A DNA stretch of 64,000 bases, taken from Bugula neritina (lineage: Eukaryota > Animalia > Bryozoa). Below, one piece after another: positions 29,754 to 43,670 of this stretch (the first letter of the stretch is position 1; the number at the start of each line of letters is the position of its first letter). The translations under genes and the position numbers were made by a program. The DNA is taken from NCBI GenBank assembly GCA_964035545.1, contig OZ037765.1, positions 33,789,504 to 33,853,503 on the forward strand, given 5' to 3'. The notes under the pieces are model-generated. The model saw only the letters and a program-made list of their open reading frames with translations. It made no database searches and was not told the DNA's origin.

Positions 29754-31957
29754 TGTATACTTTATGTTATAATATTATATAATATTGTACTGTGTATTAT
29801 ATAATGTACTGTGTGTTATATAATATACTGTGTATTATATAATATACGGTGTGTCATATAATATACTGTGTATTATATAATATACTGTATTTCATATAAT
29901 ATACTGTGTATTATATAATATACTGTGTATTATATAATATACGGTGTTTCATATAATATACTGGGTGTTATAAAATATACCGTGTTTTATATTATACTGT
30001 ATTATATAATATACGGTGTTTCATATAATATACTGGGTGTTATTATATTATACTTTGTGTTATATAATACACTGTATATTATATATAACATACATTCCAT
30101 TAATTCATAACATGCTGCATTTTATTATGGTACTCTATTATGCAATATATATGCTATATGTTACGTTGTGTTTATTGCTAGATATGCTAAACATGTTATT
30201 AAATTTTATTATGTTATGTTATACAATATATTATATTTTTCCACAGTATATGATATATAGTATTTTATATTACACAAGCTCAGCTTCAGTATTACAATAT
30301 GAAAATATGTTTTCTAGTTACAAGAATATATTTTTCTGTTATGTTCAATTTACTATTGAGAATAAAAAATCAGTTCACTTATCACATGAATTCCGTTATA
30401 CATAATACTATAATATGCATAATATATTAATATTACATTACATCAATATACTCTAATGTGGTATAATAGAATATAGCATTGTATTATGATACATGCTATC
30501 ATTGGCTGTGCTTGCTGACACATATACGCAGTAAATCCTGCCTTGTATATTAAAAATTAGTAAATCAACTTGAAAAATAGAAAAAGTGAAGCCGACTAAT
30601 TGTCTGTTGGAATCTAATCATAGCTGTGTTTCTACAAGCAACTCAGTGTGCACTGCGGGCAAAGGAAAAGACTCCCCAAGCTTGATGTTATTATTTGCTG
30701 AGAAATATATTCATTGCCTCAATAAGTGCTTAACAAAAATGACTTGAAGCTATAACATATTTGAGTTTATCTGATACTGTATCTCTATATAACCAGGTAT
30801 TTAGAGCCCTGAACAATGTGCAGTCTTCTCATTGTTTTGGTCAACTGTTGGTCATTATCTAGAAAACTATGTAGTGATCTCCACACTAATTTATTAACAT
30901 ATGCTGTAAAATTTGACTTAAGGCAATTTAAACATTGAAATTATGACTATATATTACCTTACATTAAAACAAACTCAGTTGAACATGAAAGGTTAGTGAA
31001 AACACTGGTTGCTGTTGTTTAAAACTTGCTGTGCTCATATTTTGTCCGATGTAAAGTTACATAAACAAACAGAATGGCGAGGGAATAAATCTTAAATAAC
31101 CATATTTTATAGCTGAAAGCTGAACATTCAACTTTTATTAAAGTTGAATTTGACACAGTTATTTGACACAGTATAATGATGTGATATACATAGTGTATCT
31201 GTTGGTTAGTAATTTGAAACATCAGGTTCTATCAGTAAAATATGGCAAATCAGGACATTATATTGTAACCAAAACACAGAATATAAAAGTAATAATACCA
31301 TAAAAAGATAATAAAATACTTTCAGTTGTTAAACAGCAGCAAAATAAAGCAGCAGAATAGAAGTGAACTACTGTTACAGGAAGTTAATACTAATATTAAA
31401 AAGTAGATCAAACAACTTGTATGATGGTGTGATTCCTATATCTATACCATTATCTGTACCTTTAGTAGTGATTACGTGAAGTACACATACAGCTGTATAT
31501 AGTTTATCTGTTCAGAGACAGGTTTATTATGTCAGTTATATGTCAAGAATAACTAGTTTAGGAATCATCTTCTCTTTAGTACCCAGTATTCCCACATAAC
31601 AGCTAGAGATATGAGTGAGTGTAGTTTGGTCTACAGCTCATTGTAAATTACATCAAGCAGCTATGAACGCCTGTTGCTTGTTAGATATAGATGAAGTATG
31701 TCTCCTATAAGATATTGTCAAATGATCCAAATACAAGAGAGAACTTCATCATGCTTCTGAACTAAGTTAGTAAATAATAATCATGACACAGCTACGATGA
31801 GTAAATGTAAAGTTTCGAGTACTTCAGGATTTAGAGAAAATAACTGGTAGTATGAGTACTTTGTATAGATTATAAAACATGGTGTTGAATAGAGCCATAT
31901 AATAGTATATACTAATACATAGTATGAAAGGTTCGCTTCTAGTAAAATCTTGTGAAA

Positions 31958-34900
31958 TCATTCTGAACTTTGCTGTCCATTGAACTTGGGGAAAAAGAAA
32001 AGTTTTCGAAAGTGGGTTAAAGTGCATTCTGGGCGGTTAGGTACGTTACAGCCAACTCTTGTGTTCCTTTTCTTTTGGAAGTACGAGATACTGACTGTTC
32101 TCACCCTGTCTTGTATCTGTGAATAATTTATAGTAACGGGAACTATATGAAGCTGTAAGTGTATTAAATTTGTTTCTCCATCAAGTATTGGATGAGCTTG
32201 AAGACTATTAGCAAATCAATGAAGCTGCAAACATCTAATAGAAATATTCAGGGAAAAGATATCTTTTAGAAACTAAAACTAATTACTAGATGTTTAAACT
32301 GAACTTATTTTTCTACTAGTTTATTGAATATCATACAGTATACACAGTGGATGAGCTAAAGTCAATTTTACAAACAAATAGATTATAAGAGCGACAGCAC
32401 TTACTATTTTGAACAGTTCATCTATATCTCTGTGACAGCTGTGTTTGTAGAATATAGCCACTAGTATTCTGATAAACCAGGTACCATACTTAAGGTGTCT
32501 GCCTGTCGTGTAGTCTGCAACAGGAAAGATAAATACAATATTCAAAGTACTATACTCAAAGTACTATACTCAAAGTATCGTACTCAAAGTGTCATACTCA
32601 AAGTGTCATACTCAAAGTATCATACTCAAAGTATCATACTCAAAGTATCATACTCAAAGTGTCATACTCAAAATATCATACTCAAAGTGTCATACTCAAA
32701 GTGTCATACTCAAAGTATCATACTCAAAGTACTATACTCAAAGTATCATACTCAAAGTATCATACTCAAAGTATCATACTCAAAGTATCATACTCAAAGT
32801 GTCATACTCAAAGTATCATACTCAAAGTATCATACTCAAAGTGTCATACTCAAAGTATTATACTCAAAGTATCATACTCAAAGTGTCATACTCAAAGTGT
32901 CATACTCAAAGTGTCATACTCAAAGTATCATACTCAAAGCAATCTTCCACAAAATAGATTATAATACTTCCTACATACTCTCTGTACTTGGCTTCACAAT
33001 GTAGAAGTCATCAGCATCTAGGTGAGTGAATCTATCAAAGTGAATATTTGGAGACGCATGTTGACCTGCAGGAGACTCAATCCCAGCTGTTGCTGAAGAT
33101 GAGGGTAACGGGTCGGTAGTTGGTGGTGAGATGGTGGCTGAACTTTGTGACTGTACAGCATTCCCAGGATCCACAGCAGCTAAAATTCAAAGGAGCAAAT
33201 TTTTGCCAGATTTCCCTGTTACACTATTTACAAGGAGTTCCTGGACATATACCGATTTAGAGAAAGAGCAGACATGTTTTTGTATAATTCCTAGTGGCTG
33301 CTGCAAAGTGATGCAGGTAAGTATAAGTTGATATTCTCATTTAGTAGTCATATTGCATGTGGTAATAAGAATCAATGACTACAAAGGTTTCACCAATAGC
33401 ATGATATAAAACTGTTATTGTCAAGGCTAACTATGGATGGGATATATACATTGTGATAAAACTGTCAAAGCTAAGTCACTCACTGCCAGAACAAGCCTGA
33501 AGAATGATGAGTTTGGGTTTTCCTCTCATGGCAGGGAATTTACTAGCAGAGAGTAAATCTTTGACGACTGACAAGTTGACAGGTTTAAGGTATTTGTCAT
33601 GGAAGATGTTTCCAGAAGTTCCGTGTGACATGATGACTAGAATGAACATGTCCAGATGCTGGTGGTCTCTGTGGGTGGTCTCTTTCCTCACTTCTGATAA
33701 TATTTCCTGTATAAATTATCTCAGGAATATTTTTATCAATCATTGATTTATGTTGCCTATTTTACACATGTCTTCCTTTGAAATGTGAAAAGAGTTATGA
33801 TTTTAGGTTGACCTATATCAACGAATATATATAGTTAGTTCATATACAAAAATAATGAAATACTCACTTCTCTGGTCAAATCAAACCACGGCCTCTCTCC
33901 TCCGGCAATAACAAACCCCATATCTTTGAACAAGGTACTAATGTTCTCGTAGTCAATACCAGAACCATGTCGGGTCATCCCAGTTATTTCACCTCCACTA
34001 TCTCGATAGAATCGTCCGTTGTTTATGATCATGGCGCGTCCTCTAACAGGGTCACTCATTTTGTACACCTGTAATCACAAATTTATTGCCATCTTTTAAG
34101 TATCACACAAAACTTTTTCAATAATGTTTAATAGCAATTCTTATGGAAGGATAACTAAATATGAATGACTATGTAAGTAATAAAAATAGTTAACAATAGT
34201 AGAAGTGTCTCACCTTTCTCTGCTCATTGAAAAGCTGCGTAATTTCCTTATTAGTTGTGGGCTTCAGTTTCATACCATTCATGTGAGCAATCAGAGGTTG
34301 AAGGTCACTTTGAGTAAAGTCAGCATATCCTTCCTCTTCCACATCAGAACATTCACTGATGTCATCATCTTCACATGAGGTTGAGACAGGCTGAGCAAAG
34401 CGCATCTTTTTTGCTGGTACTTCTAGTTCTAGAAAACAATACTCTCTGATGATAACATCTTGGAAGTAAAATGGTTCTGTAAATCGTGTAAGTGTTTGAA
34501 ACACAAAATAATTTTCGATGATATATTATCTCAGTATTGAATAATTAAATAATATCCTGTGACAGCTTATGCCAACTAAAACCATATATTATTGAGCTAG
34601 CACAGATTTATTGAATTGATCAGAACAGAAATTATGCAACTCCAGGGGGAACACTATTTAGGACTTATAGCAGTTAAAAATCTACTTGTGTTTATTGTAT
34701 AGTAATTGATGAGAAACCTTCAATGAGTGTGATATTGTTATCACAGTTCTCAAGTAAGGTAAAACTTGTTGGTTTATTACATTGCATTATGAATTAATAC
34801 GTGATTTACACAGCTAAAATATTTATAATGATTATATTGGAATAAAATATATTATACATATATATTACAGTTAATAAATAAGGATTACACTGTCTTCTAA

Positions 34901-37900
34901 TTATTATAATTTACATACCAGGAACACAGGATGCAATAAAAATCTCACCAGTTTTCAAAAGTTCAGCAACAAACTTCTTCAAATTTTCAGCTTCTTCCTT
35001 AGCCAATGACTCACCTATTGACACCAGATTAAATCAATGTGTATGAGACATTTAGAGAGGAGTAGATTATTGGAAAAACATTATAATAAACTCAGACGGA
35101 AACATAGACTCACATGGGTAGAGTAGAGCACTTGGGATCTCCTCACCATCACACAGAGTTGTTGAAGATCCACTACACAGTCTGGGACTTGGTCTGGGAT
35201 GTTTCAAGGTACGAAGACACCACGGAGGATTCAGCACTTTCTTAGGGCAAGGAAGTCCTAGCAGAAGGCAGTGAGCACAGTAGCATGTAGTGACTGGTCT
35301 AGTTGCTGTCCAAGTTTCTAGAATATGTTTAAGGATGTTGTTGTTGGTGGTGACGAGTCTCTCCCACATTCTGCTAATGTTGGCAGCATTAGATGACACG
35401 TAGAGTAACACCTTTCTAGATTTGTAGTCGTGTACCAGCTGTGTGTAGATTCCATCTTGATAGACATTGGCTCCGTTTTTCTTCACTTTCATCACAGCAA
35501 ACTCATCCGGAAACAGCTCTAGCAAGCCAACCGTCATTTGCTGGTAGACGTAGTGTGGCAGAGCGAGGCCATTGAACTGTGTTTCAACTTGAAGGAGCAG
35601 GTTTTGTGAGTGAGAGTAGGAAGTGCTGTAAGAACTTTTGGCAAACTGTGGGACAACAAAACATGGCTTTCCAGAGTTGACATGTACAGGACCATACAAC
35701 AACCGGAATGTCTGGAGCAAGCAGATAGCAACTTCAACATTCTCAGAACTGTGAAATATTGTTTTATTTTGAATCAAATAGACAAGAAGAGATTGCATCA
35801 TCAAGCCAGTGTCTGTGAAATGAGTAACAGATTCCTCAATGTCCTGCTTCTGAACAGGCATCCCATCCTCTGAATAGCACGGCCTAAACTTGTCATTTCT
35901 ACTCTGCCATACGTTAGGATCATGATGATACAAGACACAGAGAAGTTTGGTAACTTCTGAAATCTTGTGGAATATGTATGGCCGGAGAGAGCTGATCTCT
36001 TTATACCACAAGACTTTGCCGCAGTCATGCATGTATGTGAGGATTATGTCCAGCTGACGTGACTCAATTTGTTGAAGTTCGGTTCGCACGTATTTCAGTA
36101 TCTCATCAAAGGTACTGTACACAGAGGGGATAGATAGCACCTTTTCATTCACTTCTTCCCAAACCAAAGGTAAAGATTTCACAAAATGTTGACTGCTTTG
36201 AAGAAGGGACTCCTTGATCAGGTCAAACACTTCATACTTATCATCTTTCCCCACCTCATAAATGTCCTCACCAAGAAAGACTCTTCCAGTTGACTCACTG
36301 AAATGTTTGATTTGAGCAAAATCTCCACCCAATGCTTTCTCTTCCCTAATCATCTCCTCACACAGCTGATTGGAAGTTTCTAGAAAGTTCTTTTGGAGTT
36401 TCTGAAATTCCGCATTTTGAAACTTATCTTTATGTGTGAAGATAAGTTTTAGAGCACCCAGAGTTGGGTTAGCCAGATAGAGGTGAGACATGTAATCAAA
36501 GGCTAATCTTCTAACAGCTTCTCTGTGTGTTGATTTACTTGAAATCTCATCATACTGTTCCATGTTGACTACTATGACTGGAATGCAGTTCTGTCTCAGT
36601 GTCAGTTGATAAGTAATATGGTAGACCTCCTGGCCTCCCATATCAATGACACAGAGTACTGTACCATCCACCTCCACTTCTTCAACATTAAACACCTTTG
36701 TTGTCTCATCTCTCACAGCATCTGGCCCTCTGTTGGTCAGAACTCTCTTTCTGTCAGCATTCTGTAATGTTCTGATTAGACTGGTTTTTCCAGCCATCGT
36801 ATTACCCAGCACAGCTATAGTAGCAAATGGTAGACTTCTACCAGCACCTTTAGCCAAATCTGTGTAGTATTGTCTCACAGCACCTACTCCTCTCTCACAT
36901 ACTTCTGGTGGAGGAGATGTGAGAGCATTACAATAATCTACATTCAGTGTACGAAGTCGAGTTAGCTGTAGTATCTCAGGATCTAAGGATGTCATGGAGG
37001 AATTGAAGGATATATCCAGTTCCTGCAGTCTACTCAGTGTGTACACAGGAGATGGTAAACTGGTGAACTTATTTGATGATATGCCCAGTTTCTCTAACTT
37101 CTGTAGACTCTGCATGCTGTTAAATAACATACATAATAGGATATATAATAAGGAATATGACACATATAACATACACACTGTAGAAGAGAGTGCACATAGA
37201 TAATCAAATGATATAGTATTATACATGCTTTTCTTATTTGACATCAGCTTTTCTGACAAATACTTCAGTGCATGCAGGAAGTACTTCAAGTTACTTGGTT
37301 GACTGTCAGGTCAAGGTGGACAATTACTGCTAATTCCTTCTATTTAAACATTTTTCTATATTATCTAAAAGATTTTCATCTCATGGAGAAAAAACTATTG
37401 AAGACAGCTTTCACAGCCTAGTTGGCAACCTCAGAAATCATTACTAGGTTCCATGCAATTATTTTTGAACAGAACTTATAGCAGCTAGTATAATTGGATA
37501 TCAATTTCTGCAGATGTATACTTTATGCAGTAATTAGCTCATTTTCCTTGTTGAGGGATAATTCTTAATGGGGTGAACTTGCTAATAGGTCCATCATATT
37601 AATAGATAACAAAAGCCTAACCCCTTGTTCACACATTGCCGCATCGTAAACCGTAACAGCACAAACAAAATGGCGCCACTGTTACATTTTGTCAACGGGT
37701 GTTCACACATTGACGCAAAGTACAACGCTTGACGCTGAATTGTGACCAATCATAATGAGGTTAATTTTTGTCTGCAGTGACTTGGATATTATTTACAAAT
37801 TATTCGAAACATTCTTATCAAAAGATGTTATATAAATGATATTGACTAGATAAAAGGAAGTACACATGAAAAGAATCTCTCTTTTAAACATATTTGTTTT

Positions 37901-40900
37901 TAAAATAATTGTGCAAACTAATTCAAATAACGAATATTTAAGCTGTCCAAATCATTTCTAAGTGTTTGGTTTACGTGATTTTGTGATTAGAGAAAGCTAT
38001 ATTTTTAAGCTGATTTTAATTCAAACAAGCCGGATAAAAATTTTTTAATCTTTTAAAACTTTTGAATTAGTTGAATTAAATCAAAAATAAGCTATTAAAA
38101 TAAACTAGCGAAAACGTCCTTTAAATTTTAGTACCGTATCAACTCTACCCAATGGGAGCCCGCTGTGATTTTTCGAATAGAGCACTGCTTGATCAACGCA
38201 GCAGCGTATACTAGGGTACAATTCAGCCCGGATGTTAACAAAGATGGCGGATATTTGCTGTTACGGCGTACGGTGCGGCAATGTGTGAACAGGGGGTTAC
38301 TCCCCTGATGACACATTGTAATACAGTGGCCTATTGAATTGAATAGATAACAGGAGCCTTAAAGTGATGATGTAACTAAGGGTAGTGTGTGTGACATTTG
38401 CATGAACTGTTCTGGTAAATATCACACATAATAGAAAGTTGAATAAATATTTAAAAAGATGGCAGGAAACAAAATATCAGTATATCTATTCCGCTACAGG
38501 ACTTCATATAAAATATATAGTATATTGTCATCTGGCGAAAGTTATATGACTTCACTGTATCTTCTGTGATCATAATATAACATGCATGTCTTAGCAATCA
38601 CTGCCTTTTATCTTAACTGTGCATACTGTAGATAGTCAATGTATATCTATGCTAGCCTGCAGCTGACACAATCCAGCTATACATACTAACATAAGTTAGC
38701 TGAATGTACCACCTAAATAATAGCAGCACGTGGTACATGCAAGACAGCTCAGTCAATCAACACTCAACAACAACCAGTAGAGTTGAGTCACCACACAATA
38801 CAAAGTTACACCTTCTACTGATAGCTGGTCTAAGATCAGATAGCTGTGAGATAATAGACTTATATCCTTAGAGTAAACAGGTATTAGTACTGTACACACA
38901 GTAAGCTACAAACTCTGTAGCTGTCAACCAATAGAAATATCATCTCCTTAACCAATGAAAATGCAAAAAACAACTGAACAAACTGAACTGAGCAGCCTGC
39001 TGTTATAATCTAGTAAATCGACACTAAATACTAGCTAGTAGTATGAATAGTCACTAAATACTAGCTAACAGTATGAATAGTCACTAAATACTAGCTAGCA
39101 GTATGAATAGTCACTAAATACTAGCTAGCAGTATGAATAGTCACTAAATACTAGCTAGCAGTATGAATAGTCACTAAATACTAGCTAGCAGTATGAATAG
39201 TCACTAAATACTAGCTAGCAGTATGAATAGTCACTAAATACTAGCTAGCAGTATGAATAGTCACTAAATACTAGCTAGCAGTATGAATAGTCACTAAATA
39301 CTAGCTAGCAGTATGAATAGGTGGGAGTACTCTGTGTAGTGTGTATTCCTCTCACTTGCTTACCATGAGATATTATATTTATTACAGTATTATTCTACAC
39401 TATTATATAATACACACCTGTTTGGTAAAGTTGGCAGTTTACAGTCATTCATGTTCAACACTCTCAATGATTGTAAGGATGTGAATATATTGTCAAGTAG
39501 ACCTTTAGATAGCTTATTCTCTGATATATCCAATACCTCAAGATTCTCCAGTGAAGGTATGCTGTAACATAACATACAGGTATAAATACATTCTGTGAAG
39601 TTATAGAGTACAACTTACACGAGGATTAGTGTTATACGATTGTGTGCCAGTGTGGCTAGAGGAAAGAGAAGACAACACTATTGATAATAGTGAAGACTAT
39701 TTATATATTAGTACTCAATTTTACAGGTCAATACTTTATACCAGCTAAACATGGGATAATCATAGACTGAGTGAGCATTGATTAAGTTGGAAGTGATAAG
39801 TGAAGGTGTTGAATAAGTTGCAACTTCAACAGACTATCCCCAACTTGAGTGTTAACTGTAGAATCCTTTGCTATGTATGCAGACAGTTGCTGAGTTACTG
39901 ATGAGATATTATATATATTACAGTATTATTCTACACTATAATATAATACACACCTGTTTGGCAGAGTTGACAGTTTACAGCGTCTCATGTTCAACTCTCT
40001 CAATGATAGTAAGGATGTGAATATATTGTCAGGTAGATCTTCAGATAGGATATTCCCTGACATATTCAATACCTCAAGATTCTTCAGTGAAGATATGCTG
40101 TAACATAACATACAGGTATAGAAACACTCTGTAGCTCATACATACAAAGTGTGATAACAGAGTTTTAGAATATTATTATGACTCTGTATTTCTACCATCT
40201 AACCTCTAGACAACCTTGGGCATAGCAGTTGTATTATGAGTAACTATGAGGGGATAACTACTATGATGAAGAAGTAGAAAGCTCACGTTATATATAACCT
40301 AGGAACTAGTAAATCATAGACTGAGAATAAACGTAGTCAGGTAGCAGTGACTGAAAGAGTAATTAGTAAAAGTTTGAATGAGTTTTGTTTGAGCTGCAGA
40401 GTTCCTATGGCAGAGGCGGACAGAGGGCTCCATAGGGCCACTTGTGACCCTTTGCCCATTTTTCAGTGGCCCTTTTAATGCTTAAGATAAGTAAAAACTG
40501 CCATTGTTATTTTGATTAGCAGAGCAGATGTTTGGTGACAAATTACTTTATTATAATAAAGTTTATTATGTGTACAATCATGTGGCCCTTCATTTTGGCT
40601 GACCTCTGAACTTGGCCCTCGAGCAAAATAAGTTGCCCACTGCTTATGATAGGACAGTAGTATGAGAGACAGTTTAGGTTAGATTAGAGAAAAGATAACT
40701 CTAATAAACATAGAAAGTAGTTTACTATATTATATCCTAAATAGAGGGGTTTCAAACATCCCTCTAGAGGAATTTGTATTTTAAAGTTGTCTCCCCCTAA
40801 AGGTATTGGGGGCAGTCTTCATAATATATAGAAGGCCCATAAAATAAGTAGAAATGTAAGGTTTGAGTGAAGACTACTACTAGTATAAGCTTCATTTTTT

Positions 40901-43670
40901 CTGAGATTAATATTTTGGCATAAGTACACATATGAGCAGTTTCAAAAAATTTTTAAAATTTTTTGTTAATGATAAATGGCACAAAAACAAAACTTCAAAT
41001 CATATTTGTGGTTTTGGTTATTGAGCAAATCTGAAGCTGGCAGCTGTCGCATTATTATTTGCTTTGTTGACTGTAACCAGTCTGTTTAGAGCTGCTAACC
41101 TTTCAACTCTTAGAACAATAATAACACGCTCGTACACTATATAGCTGCACTAGTGGGCTCTGTCTTACTGAACTCCAAATGCTCCAAATTATGGGTTGGA
41201 ACACATGCCTGTACGTTTATGAAGGCACTGGCTCATTTGTATTAACATGTTCACGTATACTTACACACCTATACTATGAAAATAACTAAGCCACCCTACT
41301 ATCTAATATTTCTATATATCAAAAAAATTATTATAAATATAAAGATATGTATTAAAATAGATAGATTAAATTTGTAATTTCAAACAACATCTTATCTAAA
41401 AATGCTAAACACTGTATAACTATATATATGTTTTAAAAGCATTTGTTTTCATGGCATGCCTGCAAGTCAATGAAAATATTTAGAGAACAGTAAAAAGAAG
41501 CATATAAATTTCCGAATAGTTTCTTTTTTTCTGAGATAAATATTTTGGAAATGTCCCACAATCCAACGTTTAAATTGAGTCTGTAAAAGAAATTTCACAG
41601 TGTATTTTCAATAAATAATTATTCTTGCAAGCTGTTAGTATACCAACATTACTAATACAGAAATGTTTTTGGAGCTGCAGAGTCCCTATATGGCAGGGGT
41701 GGGCAACTGGGCCCCCTAGGGCCACTTGTGGCCCTTTGCCAATTTTTCAGTGACCCTTTTAATGCTTAAGAGAAGCAACAACTGTCATTTTTATTCTGAT
41801 TAGCAGAGCATAGGTTTGGTGACAAATTACTTTATTATAATAAAGTTTATTATGTGTACAATCTTGTGGCCCTTTTTCTGGCTGACTTCTGATTTTGGCC
41901 CTTGTGCAAAAAGAGTTGCCCACTCCTGCCCAATGACATGACTGTAGTATGAGAGACAGTGCAGGTTAGATTATAGGAAATATAACTCTAATAAACATAG
42001 AAAGTAGTTTAATATATTATATCCTAAATACTAGCAAACTGTAGCCTGAGCACTGAATGAGTTGAAAGGCCAGTTAGCTCGTGTTTTAATGTCATTTTGA
42101 ATATTCTTGACTCTAGAGCAATAGCGGACAATGATCTTCAACCTGAGTGTAAAAATGTAGCGAGTACATTATAATACAACAACTACTTATTGGTAAAACT
42201 CTGAATAAGTTCAAGTCTCAACAGACCATCCTCACTTGAGTGTTAACTGTAGAAACCTTTGCTATGTATGCAGACAGTTGCTGATGAGATATTATATATA
42301 TATTACAGTATCATTCTACACTATAATATAATACACACCTGTTTGGTAGAGTTTGGAGTCTACAGTACCCCATCTTCAACTCTCTCAATGACAGTAAGGA
42401 TGTGAATATATTCTCAGGTAGACCTTCAGATAGGTTATTATGTGGTATATCCAATACCTCAAGATTCTTCAGTGAAGATATGCTGTAACCGCTGTAACAT
42501 AACACACAGGTATAGAAACACTCTGTAGCTCATACATACAAAGTATGAAAGCAGAGTTTTAAAATATTTTTATAACTCTGTATTTCTACCATCTAACCTA
42601 TAGACAACCTGCTGTTATAATATAATAGTCACTAAATACTAGCTAACAGTATGAATAGTCACTATATATTAGCTAGCAGTATGAATAGTCACTAAATACT
42701 AGTTAGCAGTATGAATAGTCACTAAATACTAGCTAGTAGTATGAATAGTCACTAAATACTAGCTAGTAGTATGAATAGTCACTAAATACTAGCTAGCAGT
42801 ATGAATAGTTATTAAATACTAACTAGCAGTATGAATAGTCACTAAATACTAGCTAGCAGTATGAATAGTTACTAAATACTAGCTAACAGTATGAATAGTC
42901 ACTAAATACTAGTTAGCAGTATGAATAGTCACTAAATACTAGCTAGTAGTATGAATAGTCACTAAATACTAGCTAGTAGTATGAATAGTCACTAAATACT
43001 AGCTAGCAGTATGAATAGTTATTAAATACTAACTAGCAGTATGAATAGTCACTAAATACTAGCTAGCAGTATGAATAGTTACTAAATACTAGCTAGCAGT
43101 ATGAATAGTCACTAAATACTAGCTAGTAGTATGAATAGTCACTAAATACTAGCTAGTAGTATGAATAGTCACTAAATACTAGCTAGTAGTATGAATAGTC
43201 ACTAAATACTAGCTAGCAGTATGAATAGTTATTAAATACTAACTAGCAGTATGAATAGTCACTAAATACTAGCTAGCAGTATGAATAGTTACTAAATACT
43301 AGCTAGCAGTATGAATAGTCACTAAATACTAGCTAGCAGTATGAATATAGTCACTAAATACTAGCTAGCAGTATGAACAGTCACTAAATACTAGCCGGTA
43401 GCATGAATAGGTGAGAGCACTCTGTGTAGTACATATTCCTCTCACTTGTTTATAATATTTTATTGGCAGCATATTTACATATTATATTTATTACAGTATC
43501 ATTCTATACTATAATATAATACACACCTGTTTGGTAGAGTTGACAGTTTACAGTTCCACATGTACAACTCTCTCAATGATAGTAAGGATGTGAATATATT
43601 GTCAGGTAGACCTTCAGATAGGATATTCCCTGATATACTCAATACCTCAAGATTCTTCAGTGAAGATATG
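31958..43670 (-). CDS. LRR-Roc-COR (ROCO) protein with C-terminal caspase domain, paralog A; start exon not found
   Basis: LRR exons 43527-43670, 42339-42482, 39954-40097, 39418-39561; exon 35114-37116 (LRRs, G1 GNTMAGKTS, G3 DMGGQ, G4 THKD, COR); linker exons about 34919/34949-35014 and about 34214-34430; caspase exons 33868-34068 (YKMSDPVRGRAMIINN..RHGS), 33482-33706 (IMSHG, GKPKLIILQACSG), about 32978-33179, about 32405-32514 (GRHLKYGTWFI), about 31958-32116 (TLTHFRKLFFFP). Phases are compatible. Confidence 0.88.
32542..32940. repeat. 14-bp minisatellite (CATACTCAAAGTAT)
   Basis: Tandem array inside a caspase-domain intron. Confidence 0.95.
37620..38297. mobile_element. MITE with TA target duplication
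   Basis: TIRs ACCCCTTGTTCACACATTGCCGCA / TGCGGCAATGTGTGAACAGGGGGT, flanked by TA on both sides. Confidence 0.75.
39020..39320. repeat. 30-bp minisatellite in LRR-cassette intron, copy 1
   Basis: Unit TAGTCACTAAATACTAGCTAGCAGTATGAA; same unit at 42626-43410. Confidence 0.95.
41694..41928. mobile_element. hAT-like MITE, with a degenerate duplicate at about 40410-40643
   Basis: Ends CAGGGGTGGGCAACT / AGTTGCCCACTCCTG; flanks are also duplicated (about 40390-40743 vs 41672-42030); no clean TSD. Confidence 0.6.
42626..43410. repeat. 30-bp minisatellite in LRR-cassette intron, copy 2
   Basis: Same unit as 39020-39320, in the same position relative to an LRR exon. Confidence 0.95.

Noticed and set aside
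32495-33004. SIILKVSYSKYHTQ repeat ORFs
   Set aside because: 14-bp satellite in a caspase intron, open in all three frames.
37117-37289. N-terminal 58 aa of the 740-aa ORF as the ROCO start
   Set aside because: Intron read-through upstream of acceptor TTTAACAG at 37117, which matches the LRR cassette phase; Met at 37115 as an internal start is not excluded.
42626-43410. 30-bp repeats as a CRISPR array
   Set aside because: Head-to-tail units with no unique spacers, no cas genes, eukaryotic intron context.
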